From NCBI GenBank assembly GCA_002633005.1, contig NMRA01000205.1, positions 359,273 through 423,272 on the forward strand: a stretch of DNA of 64,000 nt. The letters are read 5' to 3'. Source of the DNA: Phoronis australis. Taxonomy: Eukaryota > Animalia > Phoronida. Every line of letters begins with the position of its first letter. Within the stretch, counting starts at the first letter, position 1. Below are positions 1-12,664 of the stretch, piece by piece. Below the pieces are notes generated by a model. It saw only the letters and a program-made list of their open reading frames with translations. It searched no databases and was not told the DNA's origin. The position numbers and the translations under genes were made by a program.

Positions 1-2909
1 TCACGAGAAGGTTTATCAGTCAAGTTTATCATGTGACTTGCGGATCACGTGACCAGTGTTCTGCTTACGATCGGAAGGTTTCTCGCAGCTGTGGTCGCAG
101 GCTGTCACGCGCATGTCATTGTTTTTACATCTACATGATAACGATCCTACTAAGTTTTTTGTATACTGATTTGGAAAGAGGAAAGCTAATAATCAAAATA
201 TCCAGCGTCGGTTTTTGTTTACAGTTAACTCTGCGAGTTTGCCGTGATAACCGAAATTGATTTTCCTTTGCGCCGTATGTTTACGTGTTTCGTCCAAGCA
301 GCGAACTCTCAAGAGCCTACACACGACTTCATAGCAATAAAATTGGTCTTGACTGGTTCTTTACTCAGATGAGAACATGGGCGGCGCACTACAGGGCCGG
401 GGTGAGGGCTATAGTCCCCCACCTTTTTCAATGCTGCACCGCCCATAGAGAATGGTTTCCCAACTTGCAAAAAAAAAACAGTCAGGTCCCTTGTTACTAC
501 TGTGAAACACTGATGCGCGACGCACTATATATAGTGACACAGCATGATGACTCAAGCCATTTAACAAGACTCTGGAGAAGCAATTGCAAAACTCAGCCTC
601 AGTGTTCTAAAGCCATGAAACCATCACCTTTGGCCAGAACGGCTTGAGACCAATTTCAAAACAGACATGAACTCAATCAGTAGATGTTCTTGGAATGGAC
701 TTAATTAAGGAAGATTTACAACCGCTGTAATTGTGCTGACAGTTTCAGTAACCTTAGTAGTAATGGACAAACATCAGTTATGCTCTTTCATGCCACTAAA
801 AATCATTCAATTTGAACTGCTACATAGAATTTTGACAACAAATACTTTTCTAAAAACTATAAATTTACGAGAGGACGATTTATGCTCTTTTTGAAAAAAA
901 TGTACTGGAGTTTTTATAACACCTTTTTGGGAATGTCCCGGTCATTGTAAAACATTTTGGAACACACCTTTCTTATTATTTGATGAATTGCAGCTGTCAT
1001 ATGAGGGGGTTTTACTTAAAGTAATAGTTTTTGGCTTTCTCAAGTCTGGAAAAGATTATTTGTTGAATTGTTGGTACTCTTAGCTAAACAAAATATTTAT
1101 AGGACTAATTTTTTACAAAGTTTTCTATGTGTGAAGAAATTCTTATTTAATGTTAAGAACAGCTATCTTTTTGAGAGAGATATCGCTTTCAAAAATCAAA
1201 AATAAATTCCTTTGCAAAATGGAACCCAATCGTTGAGTTTCTTCACCCATAGTGTATTCAAGGTGAGCTTTTTAGTCCTATTTACTTTACATTTGGTGCG
1301 CCTGGAGAGTGAATGACAATATGAATGTTGTGTATTTCTATGATCATTTCTCAATAAAGGTGATAAGAAATCATTCAGATCGTAGCTGCATTTCACCATG
1401 TTTACTACCTAAAATGATAATCGAATTGCATGCGTACACCAGGGGGGGCGAAGTGAGCAAAAAGGTCTGCCTCAGAGAACCAAAAATTCCGAAAAAAGAG
1501 ACAAAAGTCAATTGAAAAGACAGGAACTATTAAAATTCGGCGAATGCCCAATTCATAGCTCTGAGAGCACCTTGTGAATCGTACTGTAAAAGGTCCACAT
1601 TCTCAAAAATTCGAGCCCCCATTTCTTAGGCTTAGTGCGCGCATGAATTGGGTCTTTTACTCTCTGAAAATCGATCTTTTATTAATATTCTGCCTTACTA
1701 CAGAACAGGGATTCTACGATTACCAGCAACAGTTGGCACAGAAACCAGGCGACTCAATAACTCAATGCCTATCAAATAGAGCTAGTGTTTGATCAACTGT
1801 AATGTTACGAATCAGTCGAAAATGGGCTCATATAGGCATTGATTGCCAGTTGCCGGCTCACACCACTACGGTAAAATGCAGTTTCAACTAAAGTCATGGT
1901 TATAGACTGTCATAATGGCTTATAATGGAATATAATTGGAAATTAAATACCATACGCAGGGTGCATCACTTGTAACTGTCAGTGTGAATTTATTATCTTT
2001 AGTCACTGAACTAGAACAAATTTGTCAATAAGATGGACAGACTTATAAAAATTATTTTAGTCTTTCCTGTCAAAATGATCATCCAGTCACTGACCTGCTA
2101 TAGTTTATCTTCTCTAATGAGAGTTAATTTTAAATTTGCAGTGATAGAGAAAGCATCATTCAAGTAGACGGAGTGACGTGAACTATTAAAGCCATTCACT
2201 GTTCGACCGTTGAAGCTCGTTTATCAAATTGTGGATGAGAATTTAATTCAAATTGTGTTGTACCCAGAGATATCATTCGAGTTGCTGCCATATAGTTGTT
2301 GGGCTTTAGTTCTCATAGAGACAGGGTAGATTTCAGTGACACTATAGGACCTCGCTAAAAAGCAATACTTCGTGAGATTACCTGCGATATTGCCGTGTAT
2401 TTTAAATGAGATCATTTGGTCTTTAGCGAGGTCCTAGGCCTCCTAGCGTAGGTCCTAGAGTAGGTCCTAGGTTACTGAACTCCCAGTGTGTCGAACAAGA
2501 CAAATTATTTTGCCATGAAGAACTTCCCATGTTTAATTGTATAATATTTACATCAGCATCTGACAGCAACACAGGTCCGTGGAAAGGTAAGAAATTATTT
2601 GGGGCACAAACGTCATACTCAACGTCGTCCGCCGTAACTCTTCCCGCGGTTGCCACGGCAACCTCCTTCAATCGTCACAAACACTCCAAGTCGCATCTTA
2701 AGATTCCCCTGTCGCTACAATTAATTATTTTGCGCCATACCCGAGTCTGATCCCGCTTTTAGTATGACTCGTGGAAACAAATAAAATTCAACAAGGACTG
2801 CTGAACTGAAAGCAGAACCCCCTCCCCCCCGCCCGCGGCGGCGGCGTATAGTCATGCTTTCATACATCAACAAGGACTGAATTTTCAATAGTGTTGAGTT
2901 TTCAAAGGA

Positions 2910-3120
2910 AAATATGGTGAGCTACATGGTAAATGTAGGCCTGAATCCATGGTGTGACCCGCGTGGTAATTGTAAAACAATATGGCATGAGCCATATGTG
3001 GTAAATGTGAAGCAACATGACGTGAGTCATGTGGTAAAACTTGAAGCAATATGGTGTGAGCCATGAGGTAAAAGTAAAACTGTTAAAACTTTGTGTGAGC
3101 CACATACCTGGTTAATGTAC
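2910..3120 (+). repeat. Degenerate tandem repeat, about 6 copies of a 33-35 bp unit
   Basis: Recurring aatatggtgtgagccatgtggtaaatgt-like unit. Confidence 0.6.
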
Positions 3121-3512
3121 TAGCCAATATTCACAAAGTGCACAGGTCATTTTTACTTTACCTTAAGGAACAAACACTGGCGTAGCCACGGGGGGGGGTG
3201 CTAAATCCTCTCCCCTGTTCATTTCTAGGCAAACAAAATAGTGAATGTATAGCTTCCTACTTTTTCTAATCTTGACAATTTCTTAATGTGACAAACATGT
3301 GAATTCTCCTACGGAAGCCTGCTTCCTATGGTCGATGGTCAAGACGAAGACTATAAACAATTTGAATTAGTTTTGGCGGCTGGATAATTTTGGACGTTGT
3401 TAAAGGACGGATTCAACTGTTTCACTCTACATCGAAGCTTCAGAAATTAGACGAGAAGAGAGTGGAGTTTACGAACGCAGGCGATGATGACGAATGTTGA
3501 GTAACAACTTAC

Positions 3513-3777
3513 CAACTCGAAGAAATAGATTTGTACTGAACTGCGCCAACGCCACCGGACCAAACACTCCTCCTAGGGTCCCTAACAATCGTCTGGGGTC
3601 GTAGTTCTCGTCAATGTTTGTGAGGGAATGCTTGCCGTTTCGGCTTGTATCGTTGAAATTGATAGAGGTGGAGTTTTTAAGGTGATCTTCGTTTAGAATG
3701 GGAGTTCGTTCCCCATCAGACAAATCGCCGGGAATGTTCAGACACACTGCACCCTTCTGGTTCAGGGTCGCCGACAT
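3513..3777 (-). CDS. SLC12A9: First coding exon of a cation-chloride cotransporter, SLC12A9 (CIP1)-like; remaining exons not found in 1-3512, presumably beyond the window start
   Basis: ORF 3469..3777 ends PRRLLGTLGGVFGPVALAQFSTNLFLRVG, matching the SLC12A9-type first TM region (LxTFxGVxxPxxLSMFSxxxFLRxG). Donor G|GTAAGT at 3512-3511. An upstream acceptor (ttttctag, AG at 3809-3808) implies a 5'UTR intron. Confidence 0.8.
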
Positions 3778-4425
3778 TGGTAAGACTTCCGAGGCAGGCG
3801 AATTGAGCTAGAAAAGATTAAACATAACCTTCAAAAATGACTTGTACTACTACTGTTTTATATTTTACGTTGTGTACATGGTGTTTTTAGTAAACAGTAA
3901 ATGTGCAATGTTTATGTTTCATCTGTATGACGTATCAAGAGAAAGCTCTTAGCTGTGGAGGTCAAAGTGTAGGACAACAGCTGAACCCATTTTGTATTGC
4001 GTAACTTCTCGTTATAACCGGACTTGCAGTTTTCGCTTTTGCGATTATTTATCTTTCGAGGTTCATTTTTGTTTTGCGTTTTTGGATACAAATGGCAACG
4101 TTTTTACAGAACAATGGTTCTTAAAATTAAAAATTTAAAGTATGAAATTTCCCCGTTAATTGGTCGTGCATAGTTTAATCGCGTGAAAGAAAATATTTCA
4201 ACGTTGTATATTGCTGAAAAGGGATCAACGTTTGATGTGCTTTCAATAACTTCGAACATTTAAGCTTGCTGGCAACTATATGAAAAGCAATTTAAAGATT
4301 GAATTTTGAGTCATCTTCAACCCGCATACCGACATTCAATATTTCAGTCTTCACAAAAACATTTATCTTAATCTTCTGTAATATTTGTGATCAGGTGCAA
4401 TGAATAATTATGAACTATCTATTAA

Positions 4426-5296
4426 AGGATTTCCGACTGATAGACAAGTGAAGTTACTTTCGTTTTCGTTTTCACACATGCGCGTATGACACGATTAAAC
4501 AACGTTAATATCAATTTATCGGGGGGAGTAGTTTGCAATCTAATTATGTCCACAAGTAGACTTTGGGTTTTACGTCTCATTGAAGGAGATTTTCCAAGGC
4601 CAGTTGTGTGATGAAGTAGGGCGCGGATAATGCGTAGCCCTGTATAGTGCAGTACAATAGGCGGGTTCACTCGGGCGGGGGCCCGTCCCTCGCCCGTTAT
4701 CTGTAAAACGGTGGCGAACTCTCTGTTTTAAGGCCATAATGAATCCCTGCTCTTGAAAAACTGAAATATTCTCGCGATATCCTGGATCCGCCATTTATGA
4801 TACGCATCACTTTTACACCCGTTCGTAAATTTGCACTATACGTCAGTATCCACCTATTAGACTTGCCGAGCGTTCGTACGACGATAACAAAAACAATATT
4901 AACGCTCAGTACTCCATACACTGGTATGATTGTCTTAAAACTGGATTACTCCCCGGGGGAACTCCCCTGCGGTATTGCTCCTAGGACTACATTGCAAACA
5001 TTGTACGGATTATTATAAGAAAGGTCGACGGGCTGGTCAGGCGGCAGAACAAAGTTAATAAGAAATTCGAGGAAGAACGATTGATTGAAAATTGTCAAAT
5101 GACATACCCTCTACTGTATTGCCAAGAATATTGTTCGATCATGTTCCAAACGAATGTGACAATCCTGCCATTACCCAGTATTGTATCTTACAGTTCATGC
5201 GATGCCCTGCCATTGTATTCAAAGAAATAAAAACTGCTTTTCGTCCTGCTCAGCTTGCTAAAAACAAAAAACGAAAACGAAAGTCGAATTAGGCCT
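4426..5296. mobile_element. TTAA-flanked non-autonomous DNA element (Kolobok-like termini)
   Basis: ttaa|AGG...actttcgttttcgtttt at the left; aaaacgaaaacgaaagt...CCT|ttaa at the right (imperfect TIRs). Confidence 0.5.
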
Positions 5297-7058
5297 TTAA
5301 CTCTTATCAAATCGGTCTCATACTATTCATCACTGTCAGTGACAGAATTTTGTTTCCCGGTTACCAGCAACAACATCGACTCAGAGTTTATAAGCGTGGC
5401 TGGCCAATGATTGCGGGTTCACCGAAAATGGTCCGCATCAGTGTACGAATTGTACACGACTTGAGTTGTCTGCTCATTCAGCAACAATTCAAGATTTGAT
5501 GACCGCTGTAAGGCTAATGCTTTTAAACTGCAAAACGCTTCGGTTAAGAATTCAACGTTGACAACTACATAGAGACAAAGTGCAGCTTTAGGTTTGTTTC
5601 TTCACCTCAACTTTGTACATTGTCAGTATGAATCATGAATGTATGAATTGCTTCAATGTTTGTTGATTGGAATACGTTTCAATGGTGAACAATGCGTCCT
5701 TGATGCAGGTAACAGCTGTTCACCAATCTTAACTGTTTTAATTTCAAAATGCTGTAATGCTAGGGGAGTGACTACGTCTCTGTGAACATTCCTTAAGGTT
5801 ATGTGTAATTCTGTTTCACAAAAATGCTATTTTTAAAAATACGGCCTGTGCATTCAGCAAAATGTGTGAGGGATTCAAATAAATTCAATTTCTTGCAAAT
5901 AGCTGTCGTATTCTAGCGAAAAACGCCGCTTTTGTAAAGGCTGTCCCAAACACGGTTTGTTTGCGCACAACATGTCAATCAAATAAATCTCCAGCCACAG
6001 ATTTCCCCAACCCACAGACTCTACTAAGTAAATCACCTGCCTATAGTAGCGTTTCAAACCTCTCAAATTTTTGTTCATTGTTATGCAACGTGAAAATCAG
6101 ACTGTGAAGGAAAATTACCAAAATATGCAAGGTGTAGCTCACGCGGTAAGCCGCCATCAAGGAATTTGGTTGCAGTGAAACAGAGCACCAAAAATAGATT
6201 GACACTAAAGGGCGCCACGGCAGCCAGACCTGCCCTAAAATCATCGTAAGCCAGTCACTTACCACAAAAAAACACATATGCCATTTCTATAATGATCCTT
6301 AGGGTAGTTGGGCTGACGGAGAGGTTGACGCCAAAAACCAGAATGGAAAAATAATTAAAAGGGCCACCAGGTGGCGCACAAAAGGTCAACTCCACCCAAA
6401 AATTACAACCTTTTGACCTTTCTTTAATAGAAAAGTATTAGAAAATTTTCATCCACAAAGAAACTTTGAAGTTACAAAGGAGAACTTAAAAGCTAAAATC
6501 TTCTGCAAAGAACTCAACGTTTGCCGGATTTATGTACTTCCGAAAATTTCCTCATGTATTATGTACAACGTACTTCAGTTTCAGCGAGCGTTAAAATATG
6601 CTAATTACTTCTGTTCACTTTGATAAATTTAGTGATATTTTGAAAAATTAATTTAAGAAGGGAAACTTGAAAACATTTCAATGACTGCCACGACTATAAA
6701 TCGTAGTTTGGAGCATAAATCGGGAACAAAACGTGCTATTCAAACAACATTGTGTTTTTCAGCGACAGCTGTTAGAGTACGACAGCCAACTTCGGAAAAC
6801 GATATCTCTAGCCCACGATTAATTTTCTGACAGAACAACGTCTTTAGAGACATTAAACTGCGAAAACCATGTCATTAAAGCTTTGGTTATTTTTTATGTT
6901 TAATTTAAAATCAAGAGTTGTAATATTCTTAGAAACCTGATAAGCACTGTTCGTATTTTACAATTACAAACATTGGCACAAGTTATGGGAAATCCTAGGA
7001 AAGGTTTTTGAGCATTTTCATCAACATCGTAATAGACCAAGTTTGCTGGGGCTTGACT

Positions 7059-7245
7059 GACACCAGTAACCCGTGTTGTGAACTGCTGAACAGACTGCGT
7101 GTGAAACCGATGACGTCACTGGATAATTTCAACACCTCCATCTGCCGGCAGGTGTCAGGTAACGCAACCATACGTGTCGTCATGGAGTAGAACTACTCGA
7201 TCTAAATCGATACAAATTAGGTTGTTTTTTGGGTGGCATGCTCCT
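7059..7245 (+). mobile_element. Right end of a second copy of the same Kolobok-like family
   Basis: About 190 bp collinear with 32141-32324, ending gggtggcatgctcct|ttaa; left end not located. Confidence 0.7.
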
Positions 7246-8939
7246 TTAAGGATCTTGTTCCTATCAATGTACATTTGGTCAGAAACGCGTGGTCAAGTGT
7301 CCATGAGAATGAGACAGTGGTCTGAAAATGTTGTTACTCAGATATTTCAACAAGTCAACATATTAATTAGGGGTGCACGTAACCTTAATTTTGATACAAA
7401 AGCGAAATCTTCGTATGAAAATGATGACTGTTGATTTTAAACTTGCAAGACAGTCATTTTTAAAAATGATATCACGTGGGTCTAATCGTCTTCCTCGAGA
7501 CTAATTTGGGCATTTTCTACTTTTTGTTCGACCTCAAGATAAGTGTCTATTATTGTATGCTTGATATGCTCGAGTTGATGATGGCTGAAGTGGATAAATG
7601 TCAAGCCTTATCATAGTTTGCACTCGATGTCTCTATCATTAAGAATAAAAACTTGAGTTTTCACTCGAGATCCTACCTCGATTATACTGAGAGGTGATCA
7701 AACGCGAATTTGGCCGACTGGAAACTGGTCCTTAAAACATAGACTAACAGGCAACTTATCTTGAGTTTGCACAAAGGTAGATAATGTCAAATAATAATTT
7801 CGAGTTCCATCTCGAGTACCGTAAAGATTAGACCGCGGTTCTAATCTGATATCAATGTCGCTTTTGGCCAAGTAGTAGCGAAACGTTGGATTTGGATATG
7901 CCAATCTTCACGTGTGTGCGTGTGATCATGTGTAATGACCAACTAGCAATCGGGATCTGAACACTGGCTGAGGCAGAGGCTATTTCGAATATATGAAGTG
8001 AAAGGGGGGGGCATCATTTGCACGTTTTTTTTTTGTAATTATTTTTTGTTGTTCAAAGCAATGAATCCGGTGTAGAAACAGACTGAAAAATTGCAGGAAC
8101 GGCAAAATACGCATAATGATTTGTTCTGCTTTGACGGAAGCCTCGACCGCTAGAATACATGTAGATCTTTGTGACTGGCTGTCTGCGATTGATGTCGTTG
8201 TTATAACTGGAGACAGTAGGTGGAATGCAATCCCACCCGTACACTCGAAAGAGGCTTACACCTCCGTACGCAAATGTACGGTAATTCTCCATTTCTTTCG
8301 CAAAATGCACAGTTGTCAAAATGATCATTTTTACATTTTGCCTTGGCAAATTTTATTTGATGGCACTTACATACTGCAAATTATGCTTGTAATAGGCTAA
8401 AGTATTCTCAATATTTACTTATGTGGAAAAATTTAACAAAAATCAGAATTCCACTTGTCGGCCATATTGAGTACTAAATGAGCAAAGAATCCCCGTATAT
8501 CAACATACCACTGTCAGGCAACAAAACAAGACGATTACTCATGACACACCCGTAAGCAATTTCCATAAGTGTATGCGGGAAAATGGAATATTATACCATA
8601 ATACAGCATTGTAGTCATTTAAAAGTTAGGTTTTAAAGACATCAAACGATTCGTAATCAGAATACATGCTGGGAGATTGAAAATGTTAGGTCAAATGTGC
8701 CTGCATGCGTCTAAGCTCACTTCTCACTGGAGTGCACGACGTGGCACGCGCGGTGATACGATATAATCAAGAATCATTAGTCTTCATATCAACACGCTGA
8801 TTTATATCAGAAAAATTATATACATGTATAATATGCACTCCCAAGTTTGGCAAATATGTCTCCTAATAAGTCTGATTGGATTTCTGACTATTCCGCCGGT
8901 GGTCCGGTTGCTCCGGCCGTCTAGGAAACAGTATGCTAG

Positions 8940-9082
8940 TCCCTAGGTTCAGTGGACTGGAGAGTCGGCACGGTGCGGCAGAAAGTCCTGGGTTCGAGCC
9001 CTCGACGGTACAAATGTTTTTAGACTTAACTATTGGTCCCATGATGTCACCCACGCATAGCGTGCAAGAAGACTATTTAATC
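8940..9082 (+). mobile_element. tRNA-derived SINE-like repeat
   Basis: B-box gggttcgagccc preceded by gaaagtcct; body (tttt.aga.ttaa...cccatgat...gaaga.ta) shared with the minus-strand copy at 58441-58590. Confidence 0.55.
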
Positions 9083-11698
9083 GAGACATGTGGCTATCTT
9101 TTCAGCATTTTAAATATGTCATGGAAAATATATAACACATACAAGAAGTAATGATTTGTTTTTGGTTCACTTTGGCTATGTCAGTACGTGACTTTTAACA
9201 CACTTTCAAAATTCGACATTTAGAATATTAAAATTGTGGCGTCACTTTCAATTTTTCTCAACCATCCTCGAGTCAAATGATTCTTTTCGCCCAGTAAGTC
9301 TCAACTAAATACGGGAACAAGTTTGTGGCTAAAGCAGCGTTTTGACGCTATTAGCAAGCACAACAGCGTAATAAACAAGACCCCAAGTGCGCCGGGAAGT
9401 TCCTAAAACAGGGGTTCTTACGGAAACAGAGTGGTGAAAGTTTCTCGAAACAGCGCCCTCATCGACGATCACGGACTTGAAATACATGTACCAGCTTGGG
9501 TTGAGCTCCTAATTGGAAGTTCAACCACTAAAAGGGAAGTCCGAGGACGTCTTTATTAATAAATGATGATCTCAAAATACTTCAAATTTCTCAACTCAGT
9601 AATTGTCCATATTGTCCCCACGTATGAGCACCGTTACAGGAATGCACGCAAGTGACGATCCCGAAAGAGATTTCGTGAAGGGCTATTCCGAACCTTATTC
9701 CCGAAAAACCATGAACATATGGGAGCTGTTTGTCGGTGGGGACAACTTCGGAGGTCATCAGTAAGCCTCGTGTTCAAGAGAGGAGTCTTGTGTGGCAACT
9801 TTGCATTCATCTTCGATTTATTGGCTTAGTTTTTGCTCTGAAGTAAGATAAGGCGACTTTGCCATGTCAGCTTGTTTATTGTGGCATACAAACTGACGTT
9901 ATCGCAATCGGCGACCCAAAAATGATAATTTATTCTGAGATCAGCCGTGTGCGCGGAATCGAACTCACAACACCCGCAGTGGCAAACCAATGTTTTGCTG
10001 GCGAAACTTATATCCACTCGAAAAATGACCGTAGATAGTGTTAAAGTGTAAAGTCTCCGGCATTGATTTCAACGAACGGCTGGCAGACAGCGACGAGAAT
10101 ATTGTCGAGTTGTAATAGGTTCCTTATTTTACTGCTCTGGTCAAAGCTAATAAGTTCAAAAAGTCTATGAATAATCCCATAAATGCGTTTTTATGGCCAT
10201 AAAATATATTATATCCCTTTAACTTACAAAAACGTGGAACGGATCACAAACAAAAGCTTCGATTTTTTTGCAATAAAATAATCCCCCAGTTAGTGAAACC
10301 GTTACAGAAACGAAAAAGTTACTCATGTCTTAAGTAATAGTCTTTCCCCTTCGTTTTAGCTAAAGTCTTCCCATATTCAAACGAATTTCAAAGTGCCATG
10401 AAGCCGTGAAGCAATCGTCGTTCTAAGAACTGACTAACTGAAATAACAGTTGCACATTAATTTTTATTTCAAATGACAGATTATTAAGCTTGACCAGTGG
10501 TTATTTTGGAGATTCATAACAATGGTGTGCGACATCAAATTTCATAATGACGTCATATCAAGCAATAAGCAAACCCAAGTCCAAACATAAGGCGGTTAGT
10601 TATAATTCAAGCGAGAAGTTTGAATTTACTAAAGAAGAAACTTGTAGCCTGACTGATAACACCAACCAAATTTATTCCAACAACATAACGGAAGCGCCAT
10701 CTAGTGAAATACAGCGAGGTAATCGTAATCTTGAAATTGGCGCACTTTTGAGGATAGTTTGCTCATTCTTATGTGACGTTGCGTGAGTCAAAGTATCTCA
10801 AAAACCAATTCGGTTGCCTTTTATTTTTCTTATTTCATAGAAAGCACGATGGGCATCAATAAAACGTAAAAGAAAATAGCGAAGTAGTTTTTTATGACGA
10901 AGCCAAACGCGAAGATTTGAGGTTCAACAAATGCGTTACTTACGCCGACAGATGGACATGAGTGAGTCGGGAATTTTATTAAAAGTCGTTAAAACATAAA
11001 ACAGATATCGCACAACGCAATTAGTCTATTTTTAAAAGATTTCCAATCATGAATTTAATTAAATGCCGCTTTTCAGTGACCAATGAACATTTCAAATTCT
11101 GTCAGCTGTGACGGGGGAAATTAATTCGGTGACACCCGCTTTTTTCTTTGCAGACTTCGTGTAGACAAAGACCAAAATAAAAAATAAGACTATTAAAAAT
11201 CAACGATCAATCAAAACTCTTAACTTAAACCGATTTAATCAAAATGGTTTACGAAATAATGATCTTTCAGGAAGACATCAATAATCATAACATTTTATTT
11301 GTGGCGTGCGTGCACCAACAAAATGGCCCCCACATTGAATAACAAAGAAATTCTCTTATGACAAAAACACAACACATACGGGAATGTAATCTACGAAATA
11401 TTTATCTTTAATTTTCGATTCAATCAGTGATGAGACTTGTTCTATGTTCATAAATGCGAAAATATGTTAATGGGTATTGTGCACATACATAATTTGAACA
11501 ATAACTTACTATTGATCAACAGATCAGACAACAGTCGAAGTAACCAGCATAATGTATTCGCTTGTACATATGCTGCTGACACGAAACTAAATATACCCTG
11601 GAACCCCATTCTCGACGCTTCTCGATGATTTATTCAGGCAGTTTTGGCTAAGTCAATTCAACTATTGCAAGAATTAGATTTGAGGTTAGTTGAGTATT

Positions 11699-11858
11699 CA
11701 GGGGCGGATCCGGGATTTTTAAAAAGGGGGATTGCATTAACTACTTTTTAAAGAAGGGGGTGCAAGTCAACTATATGAAAATTATAGATTTGATATCAGT
11801 AAAAACAAGGGAAAGGGTGGGGGTTCGGACACCCTTGACCCTCCTGGATCCGCCTTTG
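11699..11858. mobile_element. Short MITE with CAGGGGCGGATCC/GGATCCGCC termini
   Basis: caggggcggatcc...ggatccgcctttg; a looser relative cagtggcgga...tccgcctatg lies at about 43112-43405. Confidence 0.55.
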
Positions 11859-12514
11859 GAATTGCTTTAGATATTTGCGTCAATCTTCATTCACCCAAGG
11901 TGTCTTTCCCATAATTATTTGGTTTAGCCCTGAGAATTTATGAAGTTGTCATAGTATTTGCTTTGCGTTTGTGGGACTTCGCAACTATGGCTATGGTAGG
12001 CGTGGCGTCCCTGTGACTGTCAGAACTGTCCATTGTTTTGGTTTCCGCAATTTAGATCTAATGTCGCACGACGGACGTGTAACAAATACGAGTGCGAATA
12101 TACAAATAACTTTTACGAATGTATAATGATAATGTATGGCCGCCGCTGCTTTGCCAGCCTCGTACGACGTATGTGACAGGGTCTTCCGATATTGGACGTT
12201 GAATATTTCGAACGAAAGTAATTAGCAAAAAATTCCGATATAATGGGATCATTATTCTGATACCCGCGAATACAATGTGTCGATGTAAGCTTAATTAGTC
12301 TGCAGACATCCTACATCTTCCCGACATCAGAAAATAGCGTTTGTGGAGATTTTGCGGAAATGATATCAATATTCACACAATTCACGTCTAATACTCACGT
12401 AATTCCAGGTCCACAAGCAAAGTTTTGTTGCGACCGCTGAAGCCACGAGTTCGAATCCGTTTTGGTGCTCAGGCTGATCTAAAAAACAATTTTCTCGGCG
12501 GCCGTGTCACTTTA

Positions 12515-12664
12515 CATGGGCGGCACACCATAGGGGGCTGGGGGAGACTATAGCCCCCCACCCCACTTTTTCCGTGCTACGCCGCACATGGTCTATAGGC
12601 GGTGCACCACAGGGGGACTGAAGGGGCTTTAGCCCTCACTTTTTTCAGTGCTACGCCGCCCATG
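12515..12664. repeat. Two tandem copies of a ~70-75 bp palindromic mini-element (CATGGGCGG...CCGCCCATG); third copy at 376-447
   Basis: catgggcggcacacc...gctacgccgcacatg, then tataggcggtgcacc...gctacgccgcccatg; 376-447 reads catgggcggcgcac...gctgcaccgcccat. Confidence 0.65.

Noticed and set aside
8940-9020. tRNA gene
   Set aside because: A B-box is present but I could not form a cloverleaf; the downstream body is shared with another dispersed copy, which fits a SINE.
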